Origin: Clostridia bacterium
GTDB taxonomy: Bacteria; Bacillota; Clostridia; Christensenellales; UBA1242
NCBI GenBank assembly: GCA_045596905.1
Contig: JAZODG010000007.1
Location: 36,829 to 100,828 of the forward strand
Length of the DNA: 64,000 nt
Direction: 5' to 3'
The position numbers and the translations under genes were made by a program. The notes below the pieces were generated by a model, which was given only the letters and a program-made list of their open reading frames with translations, was not told where the DNA came from and did no database searches. Position 1 is the first letter of the stretch. Each line of letters starts with the position of its first letter. Shown here in pieces: positions 10,272 to 18,954 of the stretch.

Positions 10272-11342
10272 TTATTCTTCAATTTGTGAAAGTTTTGCTT
10301 GTTGATCTGCAAGTGTCAAAGCTTCAACCATATCACCAATATCACCATTCATAAAGTTTTCAAGTGAGTAAAGAGTCATATTAATTCTGTGGTCTGTTAC
10401 CCTGCTTTGTGGATAGTTGTATGTTCTAATCTTTTCACTTCTATCTCCAGAGCCAACTTGTGACTTTCTTTTTTCAGCATACTCTGAATCTTCTTGTGAT
10501 TGATAGAAATCATAAAGTTTTGACTTAAGCCAGTTCATAGCCTTTTCTTTGTTTTTACCTTGGCTTCTTTCATCTTGACATGCAACAATAATACCTGTTG
10601 GAAGGTGTGTTATACGAATAGCAGATTCAGTCTTGTTAACGTGTTGTCCACCAGCACCACCTGCTCTGTAATAGTCAATTTGCAAGTCTTTTTCATTAAT
10701 TTCAATTTTTACGTCTTTTGCTTCAGGCAAAACAGCAACAGTTGCAGCAGATGTATGGATTCTTCCAGAACTTTCTGTTACAGGAACTCTTTGAACTCTG
10801 TGAACACCACTTTCATACTTAAACTTTGCATATGCACCCTTTCCAGTAACCATAAAGTTAACTTGTTTGATAATGCCACCTTCAGCACTTTCTTCATCTA
10901 ACACTTCAACTTTAAAACGATTTCTGTCTGCAAACATTGTATACATTCTATACAAATCTCCAGCAAAGATGCCTGCTTCGTCACCACCAACACCAGCTCT
11001 GATTTCAACAATAACGTTACCTTCGTCATTTTCATCTTTTGGCAAAAGCAAAATCTTTAATTCTTCTTCTGTCTTTTTGAGCTTTTCTTTGCCTTCATAG
11101 AACTCATCATTAAGCATTGCAACCATGTCTGGGTCTTTTTCAGTCTTCAAAAGTTCTTCTGCATCTTTCATATCGTTTTCAATCTTAACATATTCGTCAT
11201 ATTTTTCAACGATTGGCGAAAGGTCTGATTGTTCTTTTGATTTCTTTTGCCAAATATTCATATCTGCCAAAACATCAGGATTCATCAAATCTTTTGTGAG
11301 TTCTTCAAATCTTTCCTTAATCTTTTTTAATCTTTCAATCAT
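10272..11342 (-). CDS. prfA: Peptide chain release factor 1
   Basis: GGQ motif (GAGGQHVNKTESAIRITHLPTG) and an RF1-type PxT tripeptide region (RVPVTESSGRIHTS). Confidence 0.95.
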   Translation of the reverse strand: MIERLKKIKERFEELTKDLMNPDVLADMNIWQKKSKEQSDLSPIVEKYDEYVKIENDMKDAEELLKTEKDPDMVAMLNDEFYEGKEKLKKTEEELKILLLPKDENDEGNVIVEIRAGVGGDEAGIFAGDLYRMYTMFADRNRFKVEVLDEESAEGGIIKQVNFMVTGKGAYAKFKYESGVHRVQRVPVTESSGRIHTSAATVAVLPEAKDVKIEINEKDLQIDYYRAGGAGGQHVNKTESAIRITHLPTGIIVACQDERSQGKNKEKAMNWLKSKLYDFYQSQEDSEYAEKRKSQVGSGDRSEKIRTYNYPQSRVTDHRINMTLYSLENFMNGDIGDMVEALTLADQQAKLSQIEE

Positions 11343-12166
11343 ATAAGTTCTCCTATAACAACTCTGTTGTTACCACCATAATCTTTAATAACTTTAATGT
11401 CTTTAAAGTCTTTTTCTAAAAGCGATGTCACAGCATCAGCTTGATTATAACCAATTTCAAAAATAAGCATTCCATTTGGGTTTAAATGACTTTTTGCTTC
11501 ATTTATAATTCTTTTATAGAAATTTAAACCATCAATTCCACCATCTAACGCCAAAATCGGCTCATTTTGAACCACTTCTTTTTCCAAACCTTTAACAACT
11601 TCCGTTTCAATATAAGGTGGATTACTGATAATAAAATCAACCTTTAAGTCAGCGATATTTTCAAAAATATCCGACTGAATAAACTGAATATCAGCATTGT
11701 TTAGTTTTGCGTTTTGTTTTGCAACATCTAAAGCCTTTTCACTAACATCAACAGCAATGGTTTTAACACCAGTTTCCTTATTCAAAACTATCGAAATAGC
11801 ACCACTACCCGTTCCAATATCCAAAATTGTTGTTGGTTTTTTTGTCTTTATGAGTTTAATGGTTTCTTCAATCAAGATTTCTGTGTCTAGTCTTGGAATC
11901 AATACATTTTCATTAACAACCAAGTCATAACCATAAAAGTTTGTTTTTCCAAAGATATACGCCACAGGAATGTGATTAAGCCTTTTTTGAACATCTTCCA
12001 TAATCAGTTCAAGCTGATTATCATCAATCTTTTCACAAAATGGAAGCATACTTCTTTTTGTGTTCAAGATTTCACAGGCAATCCAGTCAATGTCTGCAAA
12101 GTCATCAATACCGGCTTCAGAAAACATCTTTTCAAGGTTTTGTCTTAAATTTCTATAACTTATCAT
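11339..12166 (-). CDS. prmC: Release-factor glutamine N5-methyltransferase (PrmC/HemK)
   Basis: SAM motif ILDIGTGSGAI and NPPY motif (IISNPPYI). The stop overlaps the prfA start (ATGA). The start is set at MISYRNL after a GGGG SD; the track start at 12250 lies inside the rpmE terminator. Confidence 0.85.
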   Translation of the reverse strand: MISYRNLRQNLEKMFSEAGIDDFADIDWIACEILNTKRSMLPFCEKIDDNQLELIMEDVQKRLNHIPVAYIFGKTNFYGYDLVVNENVLIPRLDTEILIEETIKLIKTKKPTTILDIGTGSGAISIVLNKETGVKTIAVDVSEKALDVAKQNAKLNNADIQFIQSDIFENIADLKVDFIISNPPYIETEVVKGLEKEVVQNEPILALDGGIDGLNFYKRIINEAKSHLNPNGMLIFEIGYNQADAVTSLLEKDFKDIKVIKDYGGNNRVVIGELI

Positions 12167-12212
12167 ATTTTCCCCAAAAAAAATGTGCATAAAAATATCC
12201 ATTTTACGCACA

Positions 12213-12240
12213 TAAAAAGTGCAAGCAAAAATGCCTGCAC
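12213..12240 (-). terminator. Rho-independent terminator after rpmE
   Basis: 8-bp GC-rich stem gtgcaagc/gcctgcac (one G-U on the minus strand) followed by a U-run. Confidence 0.65.
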
Positions 12241-12252
12241 AGATAATCACAG

Positions 12253-12462
12253 TTATTTCTTAATACCGTATCTCTTGTTGAATCTTTCAACTCTACCACC
12301 AGCGTCAACGATTTTTTGTGTGCCGGTGAAAAATGGGTGACATTTATTGCAAATATCAACTTTAATAACATCACCATCTTTTGTAGAACCAGTTTCAAAA
12401 GTGTTGCCACAAGCGCAAACAACTTTAACTGTGTGATAATCTGGATGAATTGTTTCTTTCAT
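12253..12462 (-). CDS. rpmE: 50S ribosomal protein L31 (Zn-ribbon type)
   Basis: [27 protein letters not shown]...[10 protein letters not shown]. An AAGGAG SD precedes the ATG at 12462. Confidence 0.95.
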   Translation of the reverse strand: MKETIHPDYHTVKVVCACGNTFETGSTKDGDVIKVDICNKCHPFFTGTQKIVDAGGRVERFNKRYGIKK

Positions 12463-12497
12463 TTTGAGCATCTCCTTAAATAAACATAAGCATTGAA

Positions 12498-12526
12498 ATT
12501 ATATAATACAAAAATGTCGTTGTCAA
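12498..12526 (-). promoter_or_regulatory. Consensus sigma-A promoter of rpmE (TTGACA-17-TATAAT)
   Basis: Perfect -35 and -10 hexamers with a hand-counted 17-nt spacer. Confidence 0.7.
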
Positions 12527-12603
12527 GTCTTTTTGTTTTTTTATCGCAATAAACACATAATTTTTTTTACAAGCAAAATACTAATAATAAAGGAGAAACA
12601 ATT

Positions 12604-12705
12604 ATGGCATATCAATATTTCCCAACCGGCGACGGACTTGCAGAAACAATCGAAACATTTTCTGAAGATGCCTATATCTTTTGCGCACCAGAAACAATTG
12701 ACTAA
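12604..12705 (+). CDS. Candidate small ORF (33 aa, strongly acidic, no Lys/Arg/His)
   Basis: AAAGGAG SD 8 nt before the ATG. Translation is MAYQYFPTGDGLAETIETFSEDAYIFCAPETID. A strong hairpin follows immediately. The stretch is locally more GC-rich than the surrounding intergenic DNA. It falls below the ORF-track size cutoff. Confidence 0.35.
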   Translation: MAYQYFPTGDGLAETIETFSEDAYIFCAPETID

Positions 12706-12709
12706 AACA

Positions 12710-12738
12710 AAGAGCAGAGTGAAAACCACCCTGCTCTT
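12710..12738. terminator. Bidirectional terminator hairpin between ileS and the small plus-strand ORF
   Basis: Perfect 8-bp stem aagagcag/ctgctctt, extendable by 3 bp, with T-rich flanks on both strands. Confidence 0.7.
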
Positions 12739-12743
12739 TAATT

Positions 12744-15700
12744 TTATACTTTAACAAGCTTAAGTCCAACAGATTCACCGTTGATTTCAACAACCTGCAA
12801 ATCTGCTGATTCGCCAACGACCATTTCGTCAGCAAGTGTATCACCACAAACTTCGGCTTTAAACTTTTCAAGAACTGCATTTGTTTCATTTGAAGCATTA
12901 ACATAAATCTTAATGTGGTCAACAACTTCAAAACCTGCATCTTTTCTTGTTTGTTGAACTTTTGAAACGAATTCTCTAACAAGACCAAGTTCCAAAAGCT
13001 CAGGAGTAAGTTCAGTAACCAAAACAACGGTAAATGTTCCATCGCTTTCTGAAACAAATCCTTCTTTTGAAATTGGAGAGATTAACAAGTCTTCTTTTGA
13101 AAGTTCAACTTCAGTGCCTTGAGCGTCAAACTTAACAGTTTCACCAGCATTAACCTTATCAACAACTTCACATGCGTCACAGCTTGAAAGCCATGCTCTG
13201 ATTGCCCCAATCTTTGCACCATATTTTGGTCCAAGAACCTTAAGTTGTGGCTTTAAGTCATAATTCAAATATTCTTTAGCATCATGCTTAAATTCAACTT
13301 CTTGAACGTTAAGTTCATCTTTAATAAGTTCTTTAAGTTCTTCAGATAACTCAACTTTTTCAGCAGTCGCAACAATAAGTTTTGAAAGTGGCTGTCTGTT
13401 TTTGATATTAGATTGGTTTCTTGTGCTATGTCCAAGATTAGAAATACGAAGAACTGTCTCCATACCAGTGTTAAGCGATTCATTAATCAAGCTTTCATCA
13501 GCAACTGGATAATCACACAAATGCACAGAAATTGGTGCAGTTTCGTCAACACTTCTAACGATGTTTTGATAGATTTGTTCTGTGATTGAAGGAACAAATG
13601 GTGCAGCAAGTTTTGCTAAGCCCACAAGCACATAATAAAGTGTTGCAAACGCAGCAGTCTTGTCTTCAGTTTCACCATGAACCCAGAATCTTTCACGTGA
13701 ACGACGAACATACCAGTTTGAAAGACTATCAACAAAGTCGTTAAGAAGTCTTGCTGGTTCAGTGTTAACATAGTTGCCTAAGTGCGCATCAACATCACGA
13801 ACAAGTTTGTTAAATTCAGAAACAATCCACTTATCCATCATTGTGAGTTTTGCATCTTTGATTGAGTGTTTGCTTCCATCAAATCCATCAATTTCAGCAT
13901 AAAGCACATAGAACGCATAAGTATTCCAAAGTGTGCCCATAAACTTTCTTTCAAAGTCTTCAAGTGTTTCCATATTGAAGTTTGTAGAAATCCATGGAGC
14001 GTTAGAGATATAGAAATACCATCTAGCGGCGTCACTTCCTGCTTTATCAAACACTTCCCAAGGAGTAACAACGTTTCCAAGAGACTTGCTCATCTTTTTG
14101 CCATTCTTGTCATTAACTAGTCCAAGTGGCAAACAACGTTTGTATGGAGCTTTTCCAAACAATAATGTGTTAACAGCAAGCATTGAATAGAACCAACCAC
14201 GAGTTTGGTCCATACCTTCAGAAATAAATTCTGCTGGGAATGTTTTTTCAAATAAGTCTTTATTTTCAAATGGATAGTGAAGCTGTGCAAAAGGCATACT
14301 TCCTGAATCATACCAGCAGTCCAAAACTTCTGGAGTTCTTTGCATTTTCTTTCCACAGGTTGGACAATCAAATGTGATTGCATCAACTGTTGGCTTATGC
14401 AAATCAAGTTCTGTTTCAGCTGAAATACCACCAAGAGTTTTGAGTTCTTCAGCACTTCCAACAACATGAATGTGACCTTCTTCACAAACCCAGAATGGAA
14501 GTGGTGTTCCCCAATATCTGTTTCTTGCGATATCCCAATCAATAAGTGAACGAAGGAAACCACCCATTCTACCTTCACCGATGGTTGCAGGACGCCAGTC
14601 AACTTCGCTGTTATTTTTCAAAAGTTCATCTTTAAGAGCTGTTGTTTTTACAAACCAGCTTGATCTAGCATAATAGATTAGTGGGGTTTTGCATCTCCAA
14701 CAGAATGGATAAGAGTGAACGTGTGGCATTTCTTTTAAGAGTTTGCCTGTCTTTTTCAAATCATCAATAATGAACTTGTCAGCGTCTTTAACGAACTTTC
14801 CAGCAAATTCACGTGTTTCCTTGCTCATGTTTCCGTTGTCATCAACAAGTTGAACAAATGGTAAATCATATTCTCTTCCGACTTTGTTATCGTCTTCACC
14901 AAAAGCAGGAGCAATGTGAACAATACCAGTACCATCAGAAAGTGTAACATAATCTGCAAGGGTAATAAACCATGCCTTGTCAGCATATTTATCCTTAACA
15001 AAATCAAAGAGTGGCTCATATCTTCTGCGTTCAAATTCTTTACCCTTCTTTGTTTCAACAAGCTCATATTCTTCAGCTTTGAAAAGTGAAGAAATCAAAG
15101 CATTTGCCATAACATAATATTCGTCACCAACTTTGATTTTTGAATAATCTTCAGCAGCATTCATACAAAGAGCAACGTTTGATGGCAACGTCCAAGGAGT
15201 TGTTGTCCAAGCAAGATAATATGTATTTTCTTCATCAAGAGCCTTAAACTTAACAAACACTGTTCTGTCTTTAACATCTTGATATCCTTGAGCAACTTCA
15301 TGGCTTGAAAGTGATGTTGCACATCTTGGACAATAAGGCACGATTCTGTGACCTTTATAAACAAGACCCTTCTTGTGCATTTCTTTCAAACTCCACCACT
15401 CTGACTCAATATAGTCATTTGTGTATGTAACATATGCGTCATCAGTATCAACTGAATAACCCATTCTGTCTGAAAATTCCTCCCACATGTCTTTATATTT
15501 CCAAACACTTTCACGGCATTTTTCGATAAATGGTTGGATTCCATAAGCTTCAATATCTTGCTTTCCTGTTGAACCGATAAGTTTTTCAACTTCAAGTTCA
15601 ACTGGAAGACCGTGGGTATCCCAACCAGCTTTACGAAGAATATTTCTGCCCTTCATTGTTTGATAACGCAAAAATACGTCTTTGATTGTTCTAGTTAAAA

Positions 15701-15875
15701 CGTGACCAATATGTGGTTTTCCGTTTGCTGTTGGTGGACCTTCATAAAAGGTATAAGGTTCGCCTTTAGCATTCTTTTCAATCATTTTTTTGATAACTTT
15801 GTTGTCTTTCCAAAATTTAGCAACGTCTGCTTCACGACTAGCAAAATCAAGTTTAGTGTCAACTTTTTTATACAT
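12744..15875 (-). CDS. ileS: Isoleucyl-tRNA synthetase (long, type-2-like form)
   Basis: 1043 aa with HIGH (PHIGHVLTR) and KMSKS (KMSKSLGN) motifs and a CP1 editing domain. Confidence 0.95.
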   Translation of the reverse strand: MYKKVDTKLDFASREADVAKFWKDNKVIKKMIEKNAKGEPYTFYEGPPTANGKPHIGHVLTRTIKDVFLRYQTMKGRNILRKAGWDTHGLPVELEVEKLIGSTGKQDIEAYGIQPFIEKCRESVWKYKDMWEEFSDRMGYSVDTDDAYVTYTNDYIESEWWSLKEMHKKGLVYKGHRIVPYCPRCATSLSSHEVAQGYQDVKDRTVFVKFKALDEENTYYLAWTTTPWTLPSNVALCMNAAEDYSKIKVGDEYYVMANALISSLFKAEEYELVETKKGKEFERRRYEPLFDFVKDKYADKAWFITLADYVTLSDGTGIVHIAPAFGEDDNKVGREYDLPFVQLVDDNGNMSKETREFAGKFVKDADKFIIDDLKKTGKLLKEMPHVHSYPFCWRCKTPLIYYARSSWFVKTTALKDELLKNNSEVDWRPATIGEGRMGGFLRSLIDWDIARNRYWGTPLPFWVCEEGHIHVVGSAEELKTLGGISAETELDLHKPTVDAITFDCPTCGKKMQRTPEVLDCWYDSGSMPFAQLHYPFENKDLFEKTFPAEFISEGMDQTRGWFYSMLAVNTLLFGKAPYKRCLPLGLVNDKNGKKMSKSLGNVVTPWEVFDKAGSDAARWYFYISNAPWISTNFNMETLEDFERKFMGTLWNTYAFYVLYAEIDGFDGSKHSIKDAKLTMMDKWIVSEFNKLVRDVDAHLGNYVNTEPARLLNDFVDSLSNWYVRRSRERFWVHGETEDKTAAFATLYYVLVGLAKLAAPFVPSITEQIYQNIVRSVDETAPISVHLCDYPVADESLINESLNTGMETVLRISNLGHSTRNQSNIKNRQPLSKLIVATAEKVELSEELKELIKDELNVQEVEFKHDAKEYLNYDLKPQLKVLGPKYGAKIGAIRAWLSSCDACEVVDKVNAGETVKFDAQGTEVELSKEDLLISPISKEGFVSESDGTFTVVLVTELTPELLELGLVREFVSKVQQTRKDAGFEVVDHIKIYVNASNETNAVLEKFKAEVCGDTLADEMVVGESADLQVVEINGESVGLKLVKV

Positions 15876-15920
15876 TTTCTTTCCCCTTGTTTTATTTATT
15901 CATTGAATATAATTTCCATT

Positions 15921-16200
15921 AAAAAAGAAAAATTCCAAAGCAAAATATAAGAAACCCCACTTTTGCCTTGGAATAGTTTACCACTTATATTTCGTATGCG
16001 CCAACACGCACCACCTTTTTAACGGTCAGTCCCCGTAAACAACTACTGGAGTGTTTCACATAAAACATCGTTCGTCATTTCTGCTTGATTGGTGATACCG
16101 ATAATAGTTTTACTTGCCTGCTTCACAGCCCCTGCAGACTCTCTCTGAAGATATTGTCTATCCAGCTTGTCCAATCTCAAACGCATTTATATTCAATTAT
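15921..16200 (-). promoter_or_regulatory. T-box leader (Ile specifier) with intrinsic terminator
   Basis: The minus-strand RNA contains an AGAGAG bulge, a GUGA/AGUA motif and adjacent Ile codons AUU-AUC in the specifier region. It also has a T-box-like sequence AAAAAGGUGGUGCGUGUUGG (about 16001-16020). A terminator follows: CCAAGGCAAAA...UUUUGCUUUGG (15935-15971) plus a U-run. Confidence 0.8.
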
Positions 16201-16206
16201 GCATAC

Positions 16207-16235
16207 ATTATAGTTTTGAAAAATTAGTTTGTCAA
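16207..16235 (-). promoter_or_regulatory. Consensus sigma-A promoter of the ileS T-box leader (TTGACA-17-TATAAT)
   Basis: Perfect hexamers with a 17-nt spacer. Confidence 0.7.
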
Positions 16236-16254
16236 TATTTTGTGCCACCATTTT

Positions 16255-17319
16255 TTAGAAAAATGTCAGTTGATCTGGATTAGTTTTTTCTTTATCCAAA
16301 ACTTGTTCATACACTTCAAAAAATGTTTCAATGTTTTTGTTCAAGATATAATAATAAATATCACTCTCATTCTCTTCTGGAAGCACCCCACCAAGAACTT
16401 CTTGAAGTCTTGTTTTTCCACTTTTTTGAATCTGCGATAGTGCTTTCATTTTCTGAGCAAAATCAGTCAAAATCTTTGGTTTATACTTCATTATAAATTC
16501 AAAGTTTTCTCTAACGCCTTCCCTAAGATAACAACCATTAAAACAAAATTCATAGTCAAAACATGGAAATGTTCTAACTTGCTTTGTTTTTTTGTTAACC
16601 AAAAGTGCATAGTTTCTGGCGTTATAATCATTATTGCCAAGCAAAACAACGTTCGCCAAATATCTAACGATAAACTCATCTTTGAGTCCATCAATCATCT
16701 TTTTATATTTATCAGTTGATATTTCTTCTTTTGTTAAACCACATTCCCTTTCAAGCAAAAACGTTGCATATTGTCCAACAATGTCCATTCCACTTTCAAT
16801 CCAACCAGAAAAATCACAAGAAATAAAATCGTTTAAAACAAATGTTTCTTCATTTGGTTTTATAGCGTCAATAGACAAAACATATTGTGCATAGCCTGAA
16901 GTTTCAACCAAAATTGAGTTGTAAACTGTTTTCACACCAAGCTCATTCATAATAGCCGGAGCACAAAGCTCAGCCTTGATATGTGACAAAATATCATTTG
17001 TTTCATTTGCAACAAACGCCAAATCATTGTGGTTATATTTTAAAAGCACAGAAAAATTATTAGGAATGTTCCCCTTCCTAATCTCTTCATTGTCCAAGAA
17101 TGTTTCATAAGACGAATTTGGATTGTTTTGAATTTCTCTGATATAGCTTGAAAAATAGTTTGAAGAAAGTCTAACAAATCTCTTTGGTAACCTTCCTTCA
17201 AGCTTTCCACTTGACGGAACTTCAACAAGTTCAAACTCTTGAAGCCCATCAATATCCAAACCGATTCTGAACTTATCATCTTGTGGACTAACATAATTTT
17301 TTCCGTTAATAATTTCCAC
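16255..17319 (-). CDS. HipA_C-like kinase-fold protein (orphan, no HipB-like partner)
   Basis: AELCAPAIMNELGVKTV... and LLGNNDYNARNYALLVNKKTKQVRTFPCFDYEF align with the HipA catalytic region D-x-H-x-K-N...P-x-Y-D. The start is set at GTG 17319, 9 nt after AGGAG; the track start at 17352 is a TTG in the -10 region. Confidence 0.45.
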   Translation of the reverse strand: MEIINGKNYVSPQDDKFRIGLDIDGLQEFELVEVPSSGKLEGRLPKRFVRLSSNYFSSYIREIQNNPNSSYETFLDNEEIRKGNIPNNFSVLLKYNHNDLAFVANETNDILSHIKAELCAPAIMNELGVKTVYNSILVETSGYAQYVLSIDAIKPNEETFVLNDFISCDFSGWIESGMDIVGQYATFLLERECGLTKEEISTDKYKKMIDGLKDEFIVRYLANVVLLGNNDYNARNYALLVNKKTKQVRTFPCFDYEFCFNGCYLREGVRENFEFIMKYKPKILTDFAQKMKALSQIQKSGKTRLQEVLGGVLPEENESDIYYYILNKNIETFFEVYEQVLDKEKTNPDQLTFF

Positions 17320-17340
17320 CGATTTTTGACTCCTGAATTT

Positions 17341-17369
17341 ATTATACCACAAACCTAAAACAAATTCAA
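17341..17369 (-). promoter_or_regulatory. Putative promoter of the HipA-like gene (TTGAAT-17-TGgTATAAT)
   Basis: Read directly. Extended -10 element and a 17-nt spacer. Confidence 0.55.
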
Positions 17370-17377
17370 TACAATCA

Positions 17378-17431
17378 CAAAAAATAAGGTATTATGCGAA
17401 ACATAACACCTTATTTTATCAGCATTTACAA
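17378..17431 (-). repeat. 54-nt terminator-containing repeat, copy 1 (downstream of murC)
   Basis: caaaaaataaggtattatgCgaaacataacaccttattttatcagcatttaCaa. It matches 18865-18918 at 52 of 54 positions. The 13-bp hairpin folds best on the minus strand (G-U instead of A-C) and is followed by a U-run. Confidence 0.8.
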
Positions 17432-17439
17432 ACAATATA

Positions 17440-18828
17440 TCAAATTCGGTCACAAATCATTTTTGGCAATTTTTCAATGGTTCCAGCACCCAAAATCATC
17501 ACAATATCACCTTTCATCACAACATGTTTTAGCACCTTTTTAATCTCTTCATAAGAGTTTAAACACAAACAATTTTTAACATATTTTTTTGTTTTCAAAG
17601 TCAAGTCTTTTGAGTTTGCCCCATCACTTTCATTTTCACGTGCTGAGTAAACAGGAGCAAAAATCACTAGGTCTGAGCCTTTAAAACTTTTTGCAAAATC
17701 TTCCAGCAAATATTTTGTTCGTGAAAATGTATGTGGCTCAAAAACAACTATAACCTTTCCCTGCTTTTTGTCTATTTGTGACATCGCCACTGAAATCATT
17801 TTTTCAATCTGCTTTGGGTGATGAGCATAGTCATGAAAAACCGTTGCTCCATTTAGTTCCCCAACTATCTCGCATCTTCTCTTTACCCCATAAAAGTTTT
17901 CAATCGCATAAATTATTGTCTCAAAATCAATCTGACAAATAAGCCCCACAAACAAGCAAGCAAGTGCGTTATAAATATTATGTTTGCCAACAATATTAAG
18001 CTTAATATTACCCATATTGCAATTAAACACAATCACGTCAAACGAATAAAAACCCTTTTTATATTCCCTTATATTATCAGCAAACACATCACACTTTTTG
18101 CTTAAACCAAAAGTGGCATTATCTTTATTTTTAAGCAAAAACCTAGTATTTTTGTCATCACCACTAACAATATTTATTCCACCTATTTTTGTTAAACAAG
18201 CATACTTAAAGAACGATTTTTTAAGGTTTTCAAGACTTCCAAAGTAATCTAAGTGGTCGCTATCAATATTCAAAATCACTGAAATATCAGGTTTGACTTG
18301 CAAAAAATTATCCTTGTATTCACAGTTTTCAGTGATAAAATACTTTTTATTTCCAATCACATAGTTAGAATCAATAAGTTTTAGCACGCCACCAACATGA
18401 ATGGTTGGTTTTTTCTTTGCCAAAATAAACATTTCAGAAATCATTGCAGTGGCTGTTGTTTTTCCATGGCTTCCTGCAACTGCTATTGTTGTTTTATACA
18501 TTGATGCTATGCAACCCAAAAGCTCTGCTCTTTTGATTATTGTTAAATTGTTTTTAAGTGCATATTGATATTCTGGATTGTCATAATGAATTGCCGATGA
18601 CACAACAACCACACCTGCACCAACAACATTTGACTCTGCATGACCAATAAAAACAGTCACCTTTTTTTTGATTAGTTTTTTAACTTCATCGTTCTCTGTT
18701 TCGTCTGAACCTTGAACACAAAAGCCATCTTTTTTAAGCATCTGAGCAAGTGCACTCATGCTTATTCCACCAATACCAATAAAGTGAAAAACTTGATTTT
18801 TAAGCTGTTTTAAAATTAATTTTTCCAT
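17440..18828 (-). CDS. murC: UDP-N-acetylmuramate--L-alanine ligase
   Basis: HFIGIGGISMSALAQML, the AVAGSHGKTTATAM P-loop and Mur ligase middle and C-terminal domains. Confidence 0.9.
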   Translation of the reverse strand: MEKLILKQLKNQVFHFIGIGGISMSALAQMLKKDGFCVQGSDETENDEVKKLIKKKVTVFIGHAESNVVGAGVVVVSSAIHYDNPEYQYALKNNLTIIKRAELLGCIASMYKTTIAVAGSHGKTTATAMISEMFILAKKKPTIHVGGVLKLIDSNYVIGNKKYFITENCEYKDNFLQVKPDISVILNIDSDHLDYFGSLENLKKSFFKYACLTKIGGINIVSGDDKNTRFLLKNKDNATFGLSKKCDVFADNIREYKKGFYSFDVIVFNCNMGNIKLNIVGKHNIYNALACLFVGLICQIDFETIIYAIENFYGVKRRCEIVGELNGATVFHDYAHHPKQIEKMISVAMSQIDKKQGKVIVVFEPHTFSRTKYLLEDFAKSFKGSDLVIFAPVYSARENESDGANSKDLTLKTKKYVKNCLCLNSYEEIKKVLKHVVMKGDIVMILGAGTIEKLPKMICDRI

Positions 18829-18833
18829 ATGTT

Positions 18834-18862
18834 ATTATATGCTTTTATTTTTTTATTGTCAC
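18834..18862 (-). promoter_or_regulatory. Putative promoter (GTGACA-17-TATAAT) ending 5 nt upstream of the murC ATG
   Basis: Read directly. There is no SD before the ATG at 18828. Confidence 0.5.
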
Positions 18863-18864
18863 AA

Positions 18865-18918
18865 CAAAAAATAAGGTATTATGTGAAACATAACACCTTA
18901 TTTTATCAGCATTTATAA
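18865..18918 (-). repeat. 54-nt terminator-containing repeat, copy 2 (upstream of murC, downstream of the FAD-protein gene)
   Basis: caaaaaataaggtattatgTgaaacataacaccttattttatcagcatttaTaa, nearly identical to copy 1. Confidence 0.8.
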
Positions 18919-18954
18919 GCTTTTATTGTGATTTTAAATTTATAATACTCATCA

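Noticed and set aside
12602-14602. Alternative-frame minus-strand ORFs of 151 aa and 161 aa inside ileS
   Set aside because: They are out of frame with a full-length IleS carrying HIGH and KMSKS motifs, and their products have no recognisable features. They are frame artefacts.
7282-17352. uvrC and the HipA-like ORF share the N-terminal peptide MWYN(E/K)F in the ORF track, which looked like a conserved leader or duplicated module
   Set aside because: Both arise from translating TTG-TGG-TAT-AAT, an extended -10 promoter element (TGgTATAAT) preceded by TTG. The real starts are downstream: ATG 9111 for uvrC, and GTG 17319 after AGGAG for the HipA-like gene.
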